From Candidatus Rokuibacteriota bacterium (lineage in GTDB: Bacteria > Methylomirabilota > Methylomirabilia > Rokubacteriales > CSP1-6), in assembly GCA_016179165.1 (NCBI GenBank), contig JACORX010000011.1, positions 1-31,306 on the forward strand: a DNA stretch of 31,306 bases. Reading direction: 5' to 3'. The position numbers and the translations under genes were made by a program. Positions 1-8,668 of this stretch are shown one piece after another. Position 1 is the stretch's first letter. Every line of letters begins with the position of its first letter. Under the pieces are notes generated by a model. The model ran no database searches and had not been told where the DNA came from. It saw nothing but the letters and a program-made list of their open reading frames with translations.

Positions 1-264
1 GATCTCCAGCAGTCGGTCGAGTTGCGGGCCAGGCGCGACACCTCCAGCCCGAGGACGATGCCCGCGCAGCCCAGCCCGACATCGGCGACGAGCTGCTGGA
101 AGCCGGCGCGATTGACGGCGGAGGCCCCTGACTGGTCGAGGTCGGCGTCGACGACGATCACGCGGTTCGTGGGTTAGCCCAGGGCGACGTGTCACGGCCC
201 GCTGTCGGAGGCCGTAATGGCGCTGGGTGCTCTCGGTATTCTCGAAGACCTGCCACCTCGGGGC
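1..264 (-). pseudogene. Large serine recombinase (resolvase-domain) N-terminal remnant, multiply disrupted; runs off the window edge
   Basis: Manual minus-strand translation across frames gives QVFENTESTQRHYGLRQRAV / VALG*PTNRVIVVDADLDQSGASAVNRAGFQQLVADVGLGCAGIVLGLEVSRLARNSTD / LEI. This matches the serine recombinase catalytic domain (SRLAR motif). Lesions: frameshift near 189-195, TAA at 174-176 where Trp is expected, and a second frameshift near 10-15. Confidence 0.8.
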
Positions 265-558
265 TCAGGTTGTGGGCGCGCCGCGGGCCGGGCTTCCTCG
301 GGACCAGCGCGGCCAGCCCACCGCGCGCCAAGCTGCCAGATCGACCAGGTCCTGGATCCGAAACCGCGACCGGCCCGCCGCCACGGCGACGAACGCGTCC
401 TGGGGGACCAGGCTTGTCCAGCCAACCGGCAACGAGGTCAGGTGCCCACGGTCATCACGGAAGTAGATCCGGTCCTCCCCCCAGTTGTGCCGGTGCGCGA
501 CAACTTCGCGCGCCTGCCCGAACAGCGGGTCGAAGGGATGCGTGACCCGGACGGGCAC
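265..558 (-). pseudogene. DUF5372 (Y4bD/Y4pK-like) small protein remnant with aberrant C-terminus
   Basis: VRVTHPFDPLFG...RHNWGEDRIYFRD..GHLTSLPVGWTSL...FVAVAAGRSRFRIQDL resembles the small protein recalled from serine-recombinase elements. The sequence after DLAA becomes low-complexity and runs straight into the recombinase remnant. Confidence 0.6.
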
Positions 559-714
559 GGTCGCCTCCCCAGCGTGAGTTGCAGTTGATCGGGTGGGCGA
601 ACACGCAGCGCATCAGCGCGGCCCAGGCCCACCCGCCCGGGGTGCCGGCGGTGCGGGGGCTGGCGTTGAGCTCGCGCGCGTTAACGGCAGGGGCCGGGCG
701 GGACGTCTTGGCTC

Positions 715-1947
715 CTACCTGGGCAAGTGCCACCAAGCTACTCCAATGACGTTCGCCACCACGCTTAGGGCAACGGCCGCCCGAAAAGGCACCGTGAGGC
801 CGCTGCGCATGGCGAACGCCAGTAAGACAAGTACTGGGATAGTAACGTCAAGCGTGAATCGCGAGCCGAACTGCCATGAGCCGGTTGTGAAGTAGAGCAG
901 CGGCGGCGTCAGTCCGACCGCGAGGCTCAACCAGGCGGCGCAGACCAGCGCGCGCGGGCGCCTCGCCAGCAACAACCAGAGAAAAGCAGGCGTCGTGAGC
1001 AATACGCTCATGCCTGTTCGGCTGGGTGCCCAGATCCCACGCGCGGCGTTCCACTGGGGCGTCGCGAGGAACATCGCCCATAGGTTTCGCGGTAGGAAGT
1101 GGAGGTTGAACTGCCCGTAGAGGCGCCCATCCTCGCTCAGGTTGGGGACGTGCAGATATCCGAAATCAGTCGGCGACCCGAATCGTTGCTGGTTATACAC
1201 CGCCAGGACGCAGATTCCCAGCAGCACTGGCCAGGCGAATGAAAGCGCCCATCGGCCCCACAAACGTAGCCCGGATTGGCCTTCGGCTGCGAGAGCTAGT
1301 ATCAGCACTGAGATCGCAAGAACGTGCGGCCGACCCATTATCGCGAGCGTCAGGCTTGCACCCACCAAGGCCGGCGGCGCGCGTCTGACTGTCAACAGCA
1401 CGGCCAGCGCGACACAGGCGCACGTCGTGACTTGTGCCACAAACCAGACGTTACCAGTCGTCGACATCCACCAGTTGACGGTGCCAAACGCGAACAACGC
1501 AGTGAGCCACAAGCTGTCCGCTCTCGAAAGATTCACCCAACGACGCCAGGTCATGGCTTCCAGCAGCAGGAAGACGAGAGCCGCACTCACTCCGCCCACG
1601 ATCGCGCAGAACAGCGTCGTGTTCACGCCATCGGCGCCAACAACCACAACAAGCGGTAGCATGAGGATTGCTGGCAGCGGGGGAAACGGAACGTACCAGC
1701 GGCCGTCAAATCGCGACAGATCCCAAGTGGAATGAGGGGTTACGAGATCTAGGCGACCTCCGAGGAACGCACTCGCCAGTTGATTGAAGTATGCGTCCGC
1801 TGGAGTGACTGCGTGGTGAAAAGCAAACGCTGTGAGCCAGTAGACGAACGAAGCCATTAATCCGACAAATAGTGCGAACGGGACGGCGCCTGTCGTTGAA
1901 TGGCTGCCCTGCTGCCTAGCGTCGCCTAGCTTCACCATTGACACCAC
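715..1947 (-). CDS. Polytopic membrane protein, probable GT-C-fold (PMT/ArnT-like) glycosyltransferase
   Basis: 410 aa with many hydrophobic segments. An N-terminal TM is followed by an acidic/aromatic loop (DAYFNQLA...WDLSRFDGRWYVPFPPLP), and there is a late GSWQFGSRF motif. GAGG lies just upstream. GC is lower than in the operon. Confidence 0.6.
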   Translation of the reverse strand: MVSMVKLGDARQQGSHSTTGAVPFALFVGLMASFVYWLTAFAFHHAVTPADAYFNQLASAFLGGRLDLVTPHSTWDLSRFDGRWYVPFPPLPAILMLPLVVVVGADGVNTTLFCAIVGGVSAALVFLLLEAMTWRRWVNLSRADSLWLTALFAFGTVNWWMSTTGNVWFVAQVTTCACVALAVLLTVRRAPPALVGASLTLAIMGRPHVLAISVLILALAAEGQSGLRLWGRWALSFAWPVLLGICVLAVYNQQRFGSPTDFGYLHVPNLSEDGRLYGQFNLHFLPRNLWAMFLATPQWNAARGIWAPSRTGMSVLLTTPAFLWLLLARRPRALVCAAWLSLAVGLTPPLLYFTTGSWQFGSRFTLDVTIPVLVLLAFAMRSGLTVPFRAAVALSVVANVIGVAWWHLPR

Positions 1948-2027
1948 TGTTCCTCACCTTCCGCCCTCAAAGAGGTCTTGTCACGTATTTACTGAGGGGC
2001 CGGATACCTCGGAGACGACGATTTCCG

Positions 2028-4226
2028 TCACTCCGCGACGCAGCGGGGTGACCGGGCCACGAGGGCTCTCAAACGCGCCGCGAACGCATCCTCGGTGAAC
2101 TCCCGCGCCCAACGCAGGGCGCCAGCCCCCCCCAGCTGGACGGCCAGCGCCGGATCCTCGAAGAGCCGTACGACGGCCTTCTGAACCTGCAGGGGGTCAC
2201 CTGGATCCACGACGAAGCCGGTGACGCCGTCTTCGATCAGCTCCGCCGCCGCGCCGGCGGCGCCGACGCAGGCCTTCCCCGCCCGCATGGCCTCGAGGAA
2301 GACCAGGCCGAAGCCCTCCTCGCGCGAGGGCATGACGAAGAAGGCGCAGTCGCGGTAGAGCGCCGCCAGCTGCGCATCATCGACGGAGCGCGTGAAGCGC
2401 ACCGCGTTCCCCAGCGCCGCCGCGGCGAGCTCGAGGCGCGGGCGGTCGTCGCCATCGCCTGCCACCACGAGCCGGGCGCCGGGACACCGCGCGACAACAC
2501 GCGGCCACATCTCCACCAGCAGGTCGTGGCCCTTGTAGCGCTCCGCGGCCGCCAGGCGCCCGACGATGAGGGCGAAGGGCCCCGCCTCGCCCGACGCCGG
2601 CGCCGCGGCGGCTTCGCCCACGCCGAGGTGGCAGACCGGGATGGCCCGGGAGATTAAGCCCGGGTTCGCCTCGCGGAAGCGGCGCGCCGTGTAAGCGGAG
2701 TTCGCCATCACGACGTCCGCCCGCCGCAGCGCGATCCGGCGGAGCATACTCAGCGGCTTCCACGCCTCGATCCCGTGGAGGAACACGCAGAGGCGCCCGC
2801 CCCGCAGCGCCATCAACCAGCCGAGCGGGCTGAGATGCAGATGGAGGCAGAGAATATCGCTCGCGGCCGATGGCCGCGGTCCGAGCGCCCGGCGCAGCGC
2901 GGCCCACACCACGCGGCGCTTCCTCGACCAAGGATTCGCCCAGGGGCTCGCCGGACCGTCGCCGAGCGACAGCACGCTCGAGCCGGGCAGGGCCCGGACG
3001 GCCATGCGCGAGACCTGGGACACGCCGTCAGCGCCGTTCATCCCGGGTGTCAGGATCGCCCAGCGACGGTCTGCGGCCGCCGACCGGTACCGCCCGGCCA
3101 TGGCCCGGCCGATCGAGTCCCACGAGTACGTGCGCTGCGCCAGCGCTTTCCCGCGCGCCCCCATCTCACGCGCCTTCGCCGGATCGTCCAGCAGTGTGAC
3201 AACAGCGCCGGCAATAGCCGAAGCTTCCTGGGGCACCCAGAAGCCGCAGCGCTCGGCCTCGACCACGCTCCACGGGCAGCTGTGGGTCACGACGACTGGG
3301 AGACCCGCGGCCATCGCCTCGGCCACGCTCGTCCCGAAACTCTCGGAGTCCGAGCACAGGACGAGGCAGTCTGAGTCGGCCAGCAGCTCCCACTTGTCCG
3401 CGGCGCCGACCTCGCCGGGCCAGTGCACGTGGGTACCCGCCGCGGCGAAGCGTGGATCGAGGCGCTTCCTCTCGCCGCCCTCGTCGGACCCGGCGACAAC
3501 GAGATGCGCGTCGGCGCGCATCGCCCGCACCCGATCGAAGGCCGCGGCGAGGAGATCAAGGCGCTTGATCGGATGGATCCGCCCCAGAAACGTCACGATC
3601 GGCGCGGTGTCAGGAATGCCGAGCCGCCGCCGGATCGCGCCGGCTGCGGCCGGCGCCGTGTCGGGGCCGTCCACGCCGTTGGGCAAGGTGACGACTGGAA
3701 CGCCCGGAGCCCGCAGGTGGAGCGCCTCCGCCTCGGCCTCGGAGGTCGCGTGCAGGAAGGCCGCAGAACCAAGGTTCCATCTCTCAATGACGCCGTACGC
3801 GATCCGCTTGCGCCACGCGCGCCGGCCGACCGAGCCCGGGTCGAGCATGCCGCGGGGAGAGATGACGACGGGCACACCGGCGCGCCGAGCGCGCCGCGCA
3901 GCCACCCAGCCCGGAAGGGTCCAGAGACCATGGACGTGGACGAGGTCCGCGCGCGCTACTGCCGCCCCGAGGGCGGCGCCGAGGCCGCGCGCGTTGAAGA
4001 GGCGCCGCGGACAGGCGCGCGGCAGATAGCACACGGCCACGCCCTCGTAGCTGTCGCCGCCCGGCGGCGTTGCCGGGAGATCGGCGGCGCCGTCGGCCGT
4101 CGTCGTCAGCACCTCGACGTCGACCCCCGCTCGCTGGAGCGCGCGGCACAGCCCCAGGATGCTCCTGGGAGGCCCACCGTAGCGGAAGGCTGGCGCGAAG
4201 TACGGGCTGACGTGGAGGACGCGCAC
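2028..4226 (-). CDS. Tandem two-domain GT4 glycosyltransferase (732 aa)
   Basis: Start placed at GTG 4226 (MRVLHVSPYFAP), 11 nt after the upstream stop. Two EX7E motifs (ESFGTSVAE and EGFGLVFLE) lie in one open frame. Confidence 0.88.
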   Translation of the reverse strand: MRVLHVSPYFAPAFRYGGPPRSILGLCRALQRAGVDVEVLTTTADGAADLPATPPGGDSYEGVAVCYLPRACPRRLFNARGLGAALGAAVARADLVHVHGLWTLPGWVAARRARRAGVPVVISPRGMLDPGSVGRRAWRKRIAYGVIERWNLGSAAFLHATSEAEAEALHLRAPGVPVVTLPNGVDGPDTAPAAAGAIRRRLGIPDTAPIVTFLGRIHPIKRLDLLAAAFDRVRAMRADAHLVVAGSDEGGERKRLDPRFAAAGTHVHWPGEVGAADKWELLADSDCLVLCSDSESFGTSVAEAMAAGLPVVVTHSCPWSVVEAERCGFWVPQEASAIAGAVVTLLDDPAKAREMGARGKALAQRTYSWDSIGRAMAGRYRSAAADRRWAILTPGMNGADGVSQVSRMAVRALPGSSVLSLGDGPASPWANPWSRKRRVVWAALRRALGPRPSAASDILCLHLHLSPLGWLMALRGGRLCVFLHGIEAWKPLSMLRRIALRRADVVMANSAYTARRFREANPGLISRAIPVCHLGVGEAAAAPASGEAGPFALIVGRLAAAERYKGHDLLVEMWPRVVARCPGARLVVAGDGDDRPRLELAAAALGNAVRFTRSVDDAQLAALYRDCAFFVMPSREEGFGLVFLEAMRAGKACVGAAGAAAELIEDGVTGFVVDPGDPLQVQKAVVRLFEDPALAVQLGGAGALRWAREFTEDAFAARLRALVARSPRCVAE

Positions 4227-4237
4227 GGACGCCGGCC

Positions 4238-5686
4238 TCAGCGCGCCGCTCGGCCGAGCGGCGCGCGCTGGGTCGCCCGGCGCACCCGCGCCCTTCGCGC
4301 GAACAGCAGCAGCCGATCGATGAGGATCGCGGCGCCACCGAGGTAGACGATGAGCGTGACCGTGAAGCCCAGGTGCCTGATCCACGAGCGCTCGAAGAGA
4401 TACAGCGAGAGCCAGAACACCGCGGTGACGAGCGCGATGCCGAGCTCCCGGTGGCGGATCGCGCGCAGCAGCCACTGGTACGCGAGGCCCAGCAGGAGCG
4501 CGTAGAGGAAGATCGGCACGAACATGAGCGGCACGCCGAAGTCGACGTAGGACTCCGCCGCGTAGCCGAAGGCGATGCTCGTGCCCTCCTCGGTGCCCGC
4601 CACCCAGACACCCGCGTACTTCCTCACCATCTCGCTGTCGGACGGCAGCACGGGCTTGTCGGGAAAGAGGGCGCGCGGGGTGAAGATGTGGTAGAGCGCC
4701 TCGCCGAGTATGGCGCCCTGCTCGTGGGGCAGCATCGCGGGCACCCGCCCGACCGCGAGCGCCGGGTAGTACACCGCCCACAGCCGGTCCACGAAGAAGT
4801 CTATGTCGGCGAAAAGCTCGTCCGCGCTGCTCTTGAACCAGGTCGAGGACAGCGACGCGATGCGCGCCAGCCGCTCCTCGCGGGACGACGCCAGGGCTTC
4901 GCTGTCGAGGTCATGGCGATGCCCCGTGCGGACGGACATCCACATGAGACCGGTCGAGACCATGAGCATAGCCACCGCCCCGAGCACGGCCCAGTGGCGC
5001 AGGCGGCGCCTGTCGAACGCGCCCAGGAGCGCGACGGCGGCCATCATGAGCGGCTCGCGGAAACCGGCGAAGTACCCGGTGAACCCGAGCACCACTTCGG
5101 TCCCGAGCAGCAGTCCGATCCAGCCCAGGCGGATCCGCGGCTGGCTCAGCCGCCGGAACATGAGGAAGATCAGCGCCAATCTCGCGTAGGTGAGGGCGAG
5201 GATGCCCTGGGTCACCGCGGGAAACCGCCACGCCAGCTCCTGCACCGTGCCGGTGAGCGCCACACAGACGAGATAGGTAACGAAGAGCCCGCGCCAGCCC
5301 AGCTCGAGATCCGGAACCGCCTGTGGCGCGCCTCCCCGAGGCCGCGCCAGCGTGAGACCCGCCTTGAGCCCGAGCAGGATGGCCACGAGGCAGCCGAGAC
5401 CGATCAGCACCATCGGGCGGTAGTCGCTCAAGTCCATCGCGCCGAGCCTGCGGCCCGTCACGGCGTAGTAGAAGATACCCGCGGTGACCTGCACCCACTG
5501 GAAGGTGAAGGCCAGCGCGAGCACCGGAGGGCCGTCGGGGGTCCTGAGGAAGCGCCACCCGGCCCAGAGCACGCAGACGGCGAGACCGGCGATCCAATCC
5601 CCGGCCAGGATCAATGCCGCGACCGCCACGATGGCGAGCGCCACGAGCTTCATCGGCGGAAGCGGTCCGGGCGGGCGGGGCTTCAC
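4238..5686 (-). CDS. Wzy/WaaL-like polytopic membrane protein (polymerase, ligase or oligosaccharyltransferase)
   Basis: 482 aa with about 10-12 hydrophobic segments and a large polar loop in the C-terminal half (RTGHRHDL...DRLWAVYY...FGYAAESYVDFG). GTGA overlap with the upstream GT. Confidence 0.65.
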   Translation of the reverse strand: MKPRPPGPLPPMKLVALAIVAVAALILAGDWIAGLAVCVLWAGWRFLRTPDGPPVLALAFTFQWVQVTAGIFYYAVTGRRLGAMDLSDYRPMVLIGLGCLVAILLGLKAGLTLARPRGGAPQAVPDLELGWRGLFVTYLVCVALTGTVQELAWRFPAVTQGILALTYARLALIFLMFRRLSQPRIRLGWIGLLLGTEVVLGFTGYFAGFREPLMMAAVALLGAFDRRRLRHWAVLGAVAMLMVSTGLMWMSVRTGHRHDLDSEALASSREERLARIASLSSTWFKSSADELFADIDFFVDRLWAVYYPALAVGRVPAMLPHEQGAILGEALYHIFTPRALFPDKPVLPSDSEMVRKYAGVWVAGTEEGTSIAFGYAAESYVDFGVPLMFVPIFLYALLLGLAYQWLLRAIRHRELGIALVTAVFWLSLYLFERSWIRHLGFTVTLIVYLGGAAILIDRLLLFARRARVRRATQRAPLGRAAR

Positions 5687-6837
5687 GGGGCGCCCCGGTA
5701 CAGCGCGGCGTACCGGGCGCCGAGGGCGCGGCGGTCGTGGCGCTCGAGGGTCCAGACGCGGGCCCGCGCGGCGTCGTACGTCGCGCCCCGATCCCGCACG
5801 AAGCGCGTCACCGTCTCGGCGAGCGCACGATCGTCGCCTTCCTTGAACATATAGCTGTGGTCGGCCAGCGAGAACGGGATGTCGGCGTGGTCGGACGCGA
5901 TGACGGGCGTCCCGAGGATCTGCGCCTCTGCTACGATCGTCGGCGCGCCGCCCTCGCTGTCCCCGTTCGCTGCGGTGAGCGAGGGCACCAGAAGCGCGTC
6001 CAGGCCGCGCACCTCCTCGAGCAAATCCGTGTACGGCAGCATGCCCTTGAGCCTGACCTGCCGTCCGAGGCTCAGCGAAGCGATGAGCGCCTCGATCTCC
6101 ACCCGCCGCGGGCCGTCGCCAACCACCACGATGCTCGCGTTTGGGTGCGCCCGTAGCACGGGCGCCAGATGCCGCAGGGCGAAGGCGAATCCCTTCTTCT
6201 CGACCATGCGCCCCACCATACCGAAGACCGGGCCGTCGCCCGACCGTGGCGCCCGCGGCCGGGGCTCTAGGTCAGGCGCGCCAAGGTCGAGGCACAGTGG
6301 GACCTCGTGGATCTTCTCCTCAGGGCAACCGAGGGCGGCCAGCCGGCTCTTCATGACCGGCCCCTCGACCACGACAGCCAGTTCCTTGTAGGCAAAGAGC
6401 GCCCGGTACCGTCCCCGCCACTCGGGCGCGTCGACCAGGAGTCCGGTGGCGTCGTAGCCATAGAAGTTCACGATGAGCCGCGGCTTGGGCGCACCCGCCG
6501 CCTCGAGGGCGCGCCACATGAAGTAGCCGGGCTGGCCGAACTGCGCGTGGGCGACAGCAAAGCGGTGCCGGATCATGTGGCGCCGGAGTGCCCACTCGAA
6601 GAGCTCCACGCCGAGAAAACGCCGCGCGGCGGCGCTGACGAGCCACCGGGCTGTGCCGCGCGGAAAGTACTTCGGGAGCTCGGTGACCTCGGCGGGCGCG
6701 GCCCGCTGGTCGCACACGCGGTGGGTCACGACCGAGAGCCCCGGCTCCTGCTGCGCCACGAGGGCGATCAACCCGCCGACAAAGGTCTCTGACGGCCCAA
6801 AGAGCGAGTCGGTGTAGATCAGCGCGCCCCTGCTCAC
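5683..6837 (-). CDS. GT4 glycosyltransferase (WcaL-like)
   Basis: SETF near the N-terminus, HAQFG, GRMVEKKG and DSEGGAPTIVAEA motifs. GTG 6837 overlaps the upstream TGA. Confidence 0.85.
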   Translation of the reverse strand: MSRGALIYTDSLFGPSETFVGGLIALVAQQEPGLSVVTHRVCDQRAAPAEVTELPKYFPRGTARWLVSAAARRFLGVELFEWALRRHMIRHRFAVAHAQFGQPGYFMWRALEAAGAPKPRLIVNFYGYDATGLLVDAPEWRGRYRALFAYKELAVVVEGPVMKSRLAALGCPEEKIHEVPLCLDLGAPDLEPRPRAPRSGDGPVFGMVGRMVEKKGFAFALRHLAPVLRAHPNASIVVVGDGPRRVEIEALIASLSLGRQVRLKGMLPYTDLLEEVRGLDALLVPSLTAANGDSEGGAPTIVAEAQILGTPVIASDHADIPFSLADHSYMFKEGDDRALAETVTRFVRDRGATYDAARARVWTLERHDRRALGARYAALYRGAP

Positions 6838-7502
6838 GACTTGCGCCCGGCAAGGACCGAGATGCGCTCGCCCAGGTCCCTGTAGTCGTGGATGTGCCGG
6901 AGGGCCGCCCACGGAAAGAGCCGCTGGTATTCCGCTACGGGGCGGAACGTCCAGTGCGGCGCGTCGGGCTGCTCCGACGTGTTCTCGACGACGAAGAGAA
7001 GGCCGCCCGTGCGCAGCACTCGCGCGATCTCGGCTGCCGAGCGGCTGAGCACGGGCTCACGGAGCGCGCCCAGCACGAGACAGACCCAGACGAGGTCGAC
7101 CGAGCCGTCGGCGAGGTCGATGCGCCCCGGGTCCATCGGGCGGTACTCCACGCGCTCGTGAGGCGCCGCCATGTCGAGGTACGCCAGGACGACATCCACG
7201 CCGATTGCCCGGCCCTTGATGCGGTCCGCAAGGTCCGCGGTGAAGCGCCCGGGGCCACAGCCGAAGTCGAGCGCCACTCTCTCCTGCCCCGTGAGACAGC
7301 GGGCGAGGTGAGGAAACAGCTCCCGCTTCTGGGCCATCGTCACGGCCTCGTACTCGGACTCGGCGTGACCGAGGTTGAGGACCGAGCGGGGACCGTGGGC
7401 GCGGGCGCGCTCGGTCCAGTACGCGAGCGGCGCCGGCGCAGGGCGGCGCACTCCCAGCCGGTGCAGGCAGCGGCCGATCACCCGCCGCGCGAGGGACTGC
7501 AT
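6834..7502 (-). CDS. Class I SAM-dependent methyltransferase
   Basis: Motif I ALDFGCGPG, GVD, SVDLVW and RVLRTGG. ATG 7502 overlaps the upstream stop (TGATG). Confidence 0.85.
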   Translation of the reverse strand: MQSLARRVIGRCLHRLGVRRPAPAPLAYWTERARAHGPRSVLNLGHAESEYEAVTMAQKRELFPHLARCLTGQERVALDFGCGPGRFTADLADRIKGRAIGVDVVLAYLDMAAPHERVEYRPMDPGRIDLADGSVDLVWVCLVLGALREPVLSRSAAEIARVLRTGGLLFVVENTSEQPDAPHWTFRPVAEYQRLFPWAALRHIHDYRDLGERISVLAGRKS

Positions 7503-8668
7503 CAGAGCGCCTCCGCGAGTCGCGGGACGCGGACGGGCCGCCCGGTCCGCGACGACTCGACGCCGGCCAGGCAGGCGAGCACGGTCTTGGCCGCCTCCTC
7601 CGCCGTGCACTGCGGACGGCGCCCTTCGCGAATCGCGGTCGCGAAGTCTTCAACGGCCTCGACGCAGGCGAGCGCGTGCTCGTAGAGGCGCACCGGGTAG
7701 TAGCGGGCGCCGTACTCCGCCCCGGGCCGACGGGCGAGGAGCCGGAGCGCCCCGAAGGCCTTGCCCAGCGCCCACGCCGGCAGGTTCCGGCGAAGCTGGC
7801 TCAGGAGGTCGTGGCGGTTGGCGCGGTTCGGATCGCGCAGGAGCTTGCGCTGCAGGATCACGGGCTCGTGCAGGAGGCCGGCCCATCCCCGCTCGCGGTC
7901 GAAGAGCACATTATTCTCGATGCTGGCCAGGCTGCCGTACAGCCGCACCGCATGATCTTGGGGAACGGCCGAGCCCAGGCTCACGAGGACCTTGCCGAGT
8001 GTGCCGGAGGAGAAGCGCAGCGTCGCGACGGTGAGATCGGCCTCCGGGTACTCGGGGTACGCCAGATGGTTCGACGCCGCCCACACCTCGTCGATCTCCG
8101 AGCCGGTGAACCACCGCAGGAGGTCGACGAAGTGGCACCCGGCGTAGACGAGCGGCGTCGCGTTGCCCTCGCGGCGCCAGGAGTCGTACTCGAAAGCGCG
8201 CCGCGTCAGGTCATGGACGTAGTAGCCCTCGAGGTAGGAGAGCGCGCCGAGCCGGCCCGCGCCGACCGCCTGCTTGATGGCCCGGTGGAGCAGCACGAAG
8301 CGCATCTGGTGCAGCACGGCGAGCGTCCGGCCGGCGCGCGCTTCGGCGGCGAGCACCTTGCGCAGGCCGTCCAGAGAATCGGTCAGCGGCTTCTCGCAGA
8401 GCACGTGCAGGCCCCGCTCGAGCGCCGCCACGACGTACTCGGCGTGGGTGGCGTCCGGCGTGCAAACGGACACCGCGTCGAGCTCCGGCCAGAAGCGCTC
8501 GAGGTCGGCGCAGGCGGCTACCGCCGGCACGAGCTCGGCCGCGCGGGCGAGACCGGCGGGCTTGGCGTCGAAAACTTTGGTCACGCGGCAGCCCGGCACG
8601 CACGCGAAATACGAGGCGTGCGCCTGCCCCGCCCCGCCGAAGCCGAGGATCCCCACACGGAGCGTCAC
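7502..8668 (-). CDS. Gfo/Idh/MocA family oxidoreductase
   Basis: GILGFGGAG Rossmann motif, CTPDATH, HVLCEKP and GCHFVD. Confidence 0.9.
   Translation of the reverse strand: MTLRVGILGFGGAGQAHASYFACVPGCRVTKVFDAKPAGLARAAELVPAVAACADLERFWPELDAVSVCTPDATHAEYVVAALERGLHVLCEKPLTDSLDGLRKVLAAEARAGRTLAVLHQMRFVLLHRAIKQAVGAGRLGALSYLEGYYVHDLTRRAFEYDSWRREGNATPLVYAGCHFVDLLRWFTGSEIDEVWAASNHLAYPEYPEADLTVATLRFSSGTLGKVLVSLGSAVPQDHAVRLYGSLASIENNVLFDRERGWAGLLHEPVILQRKLLRDPNRANRHDLLSQLRRNLPAWALGKAFGALRLLARRPGAEYGARYYPVRLYEHALACVEAVEDFATAIREGRRPQCTAEEAAKTVLACLAGVESSRTGRPVRVPRLAEAL

Larger units (their letters stand above)
1..600 (-). mobile_element. Decayed serine-recombinase-type mobile element (right boundary approximate)
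   Basis: DUF5372-like ORF and recombinase fragments are adjacent and co-oriented. No element ends could be identified. Confidence 0.55.

Noticed and set aside
662-688. Imperfect inverted repeat GGCGTTGA-N11-TTAACGGC as a recombinase att site
   Set aside because: Only 6 of 8 positions match and no partner site is visible.
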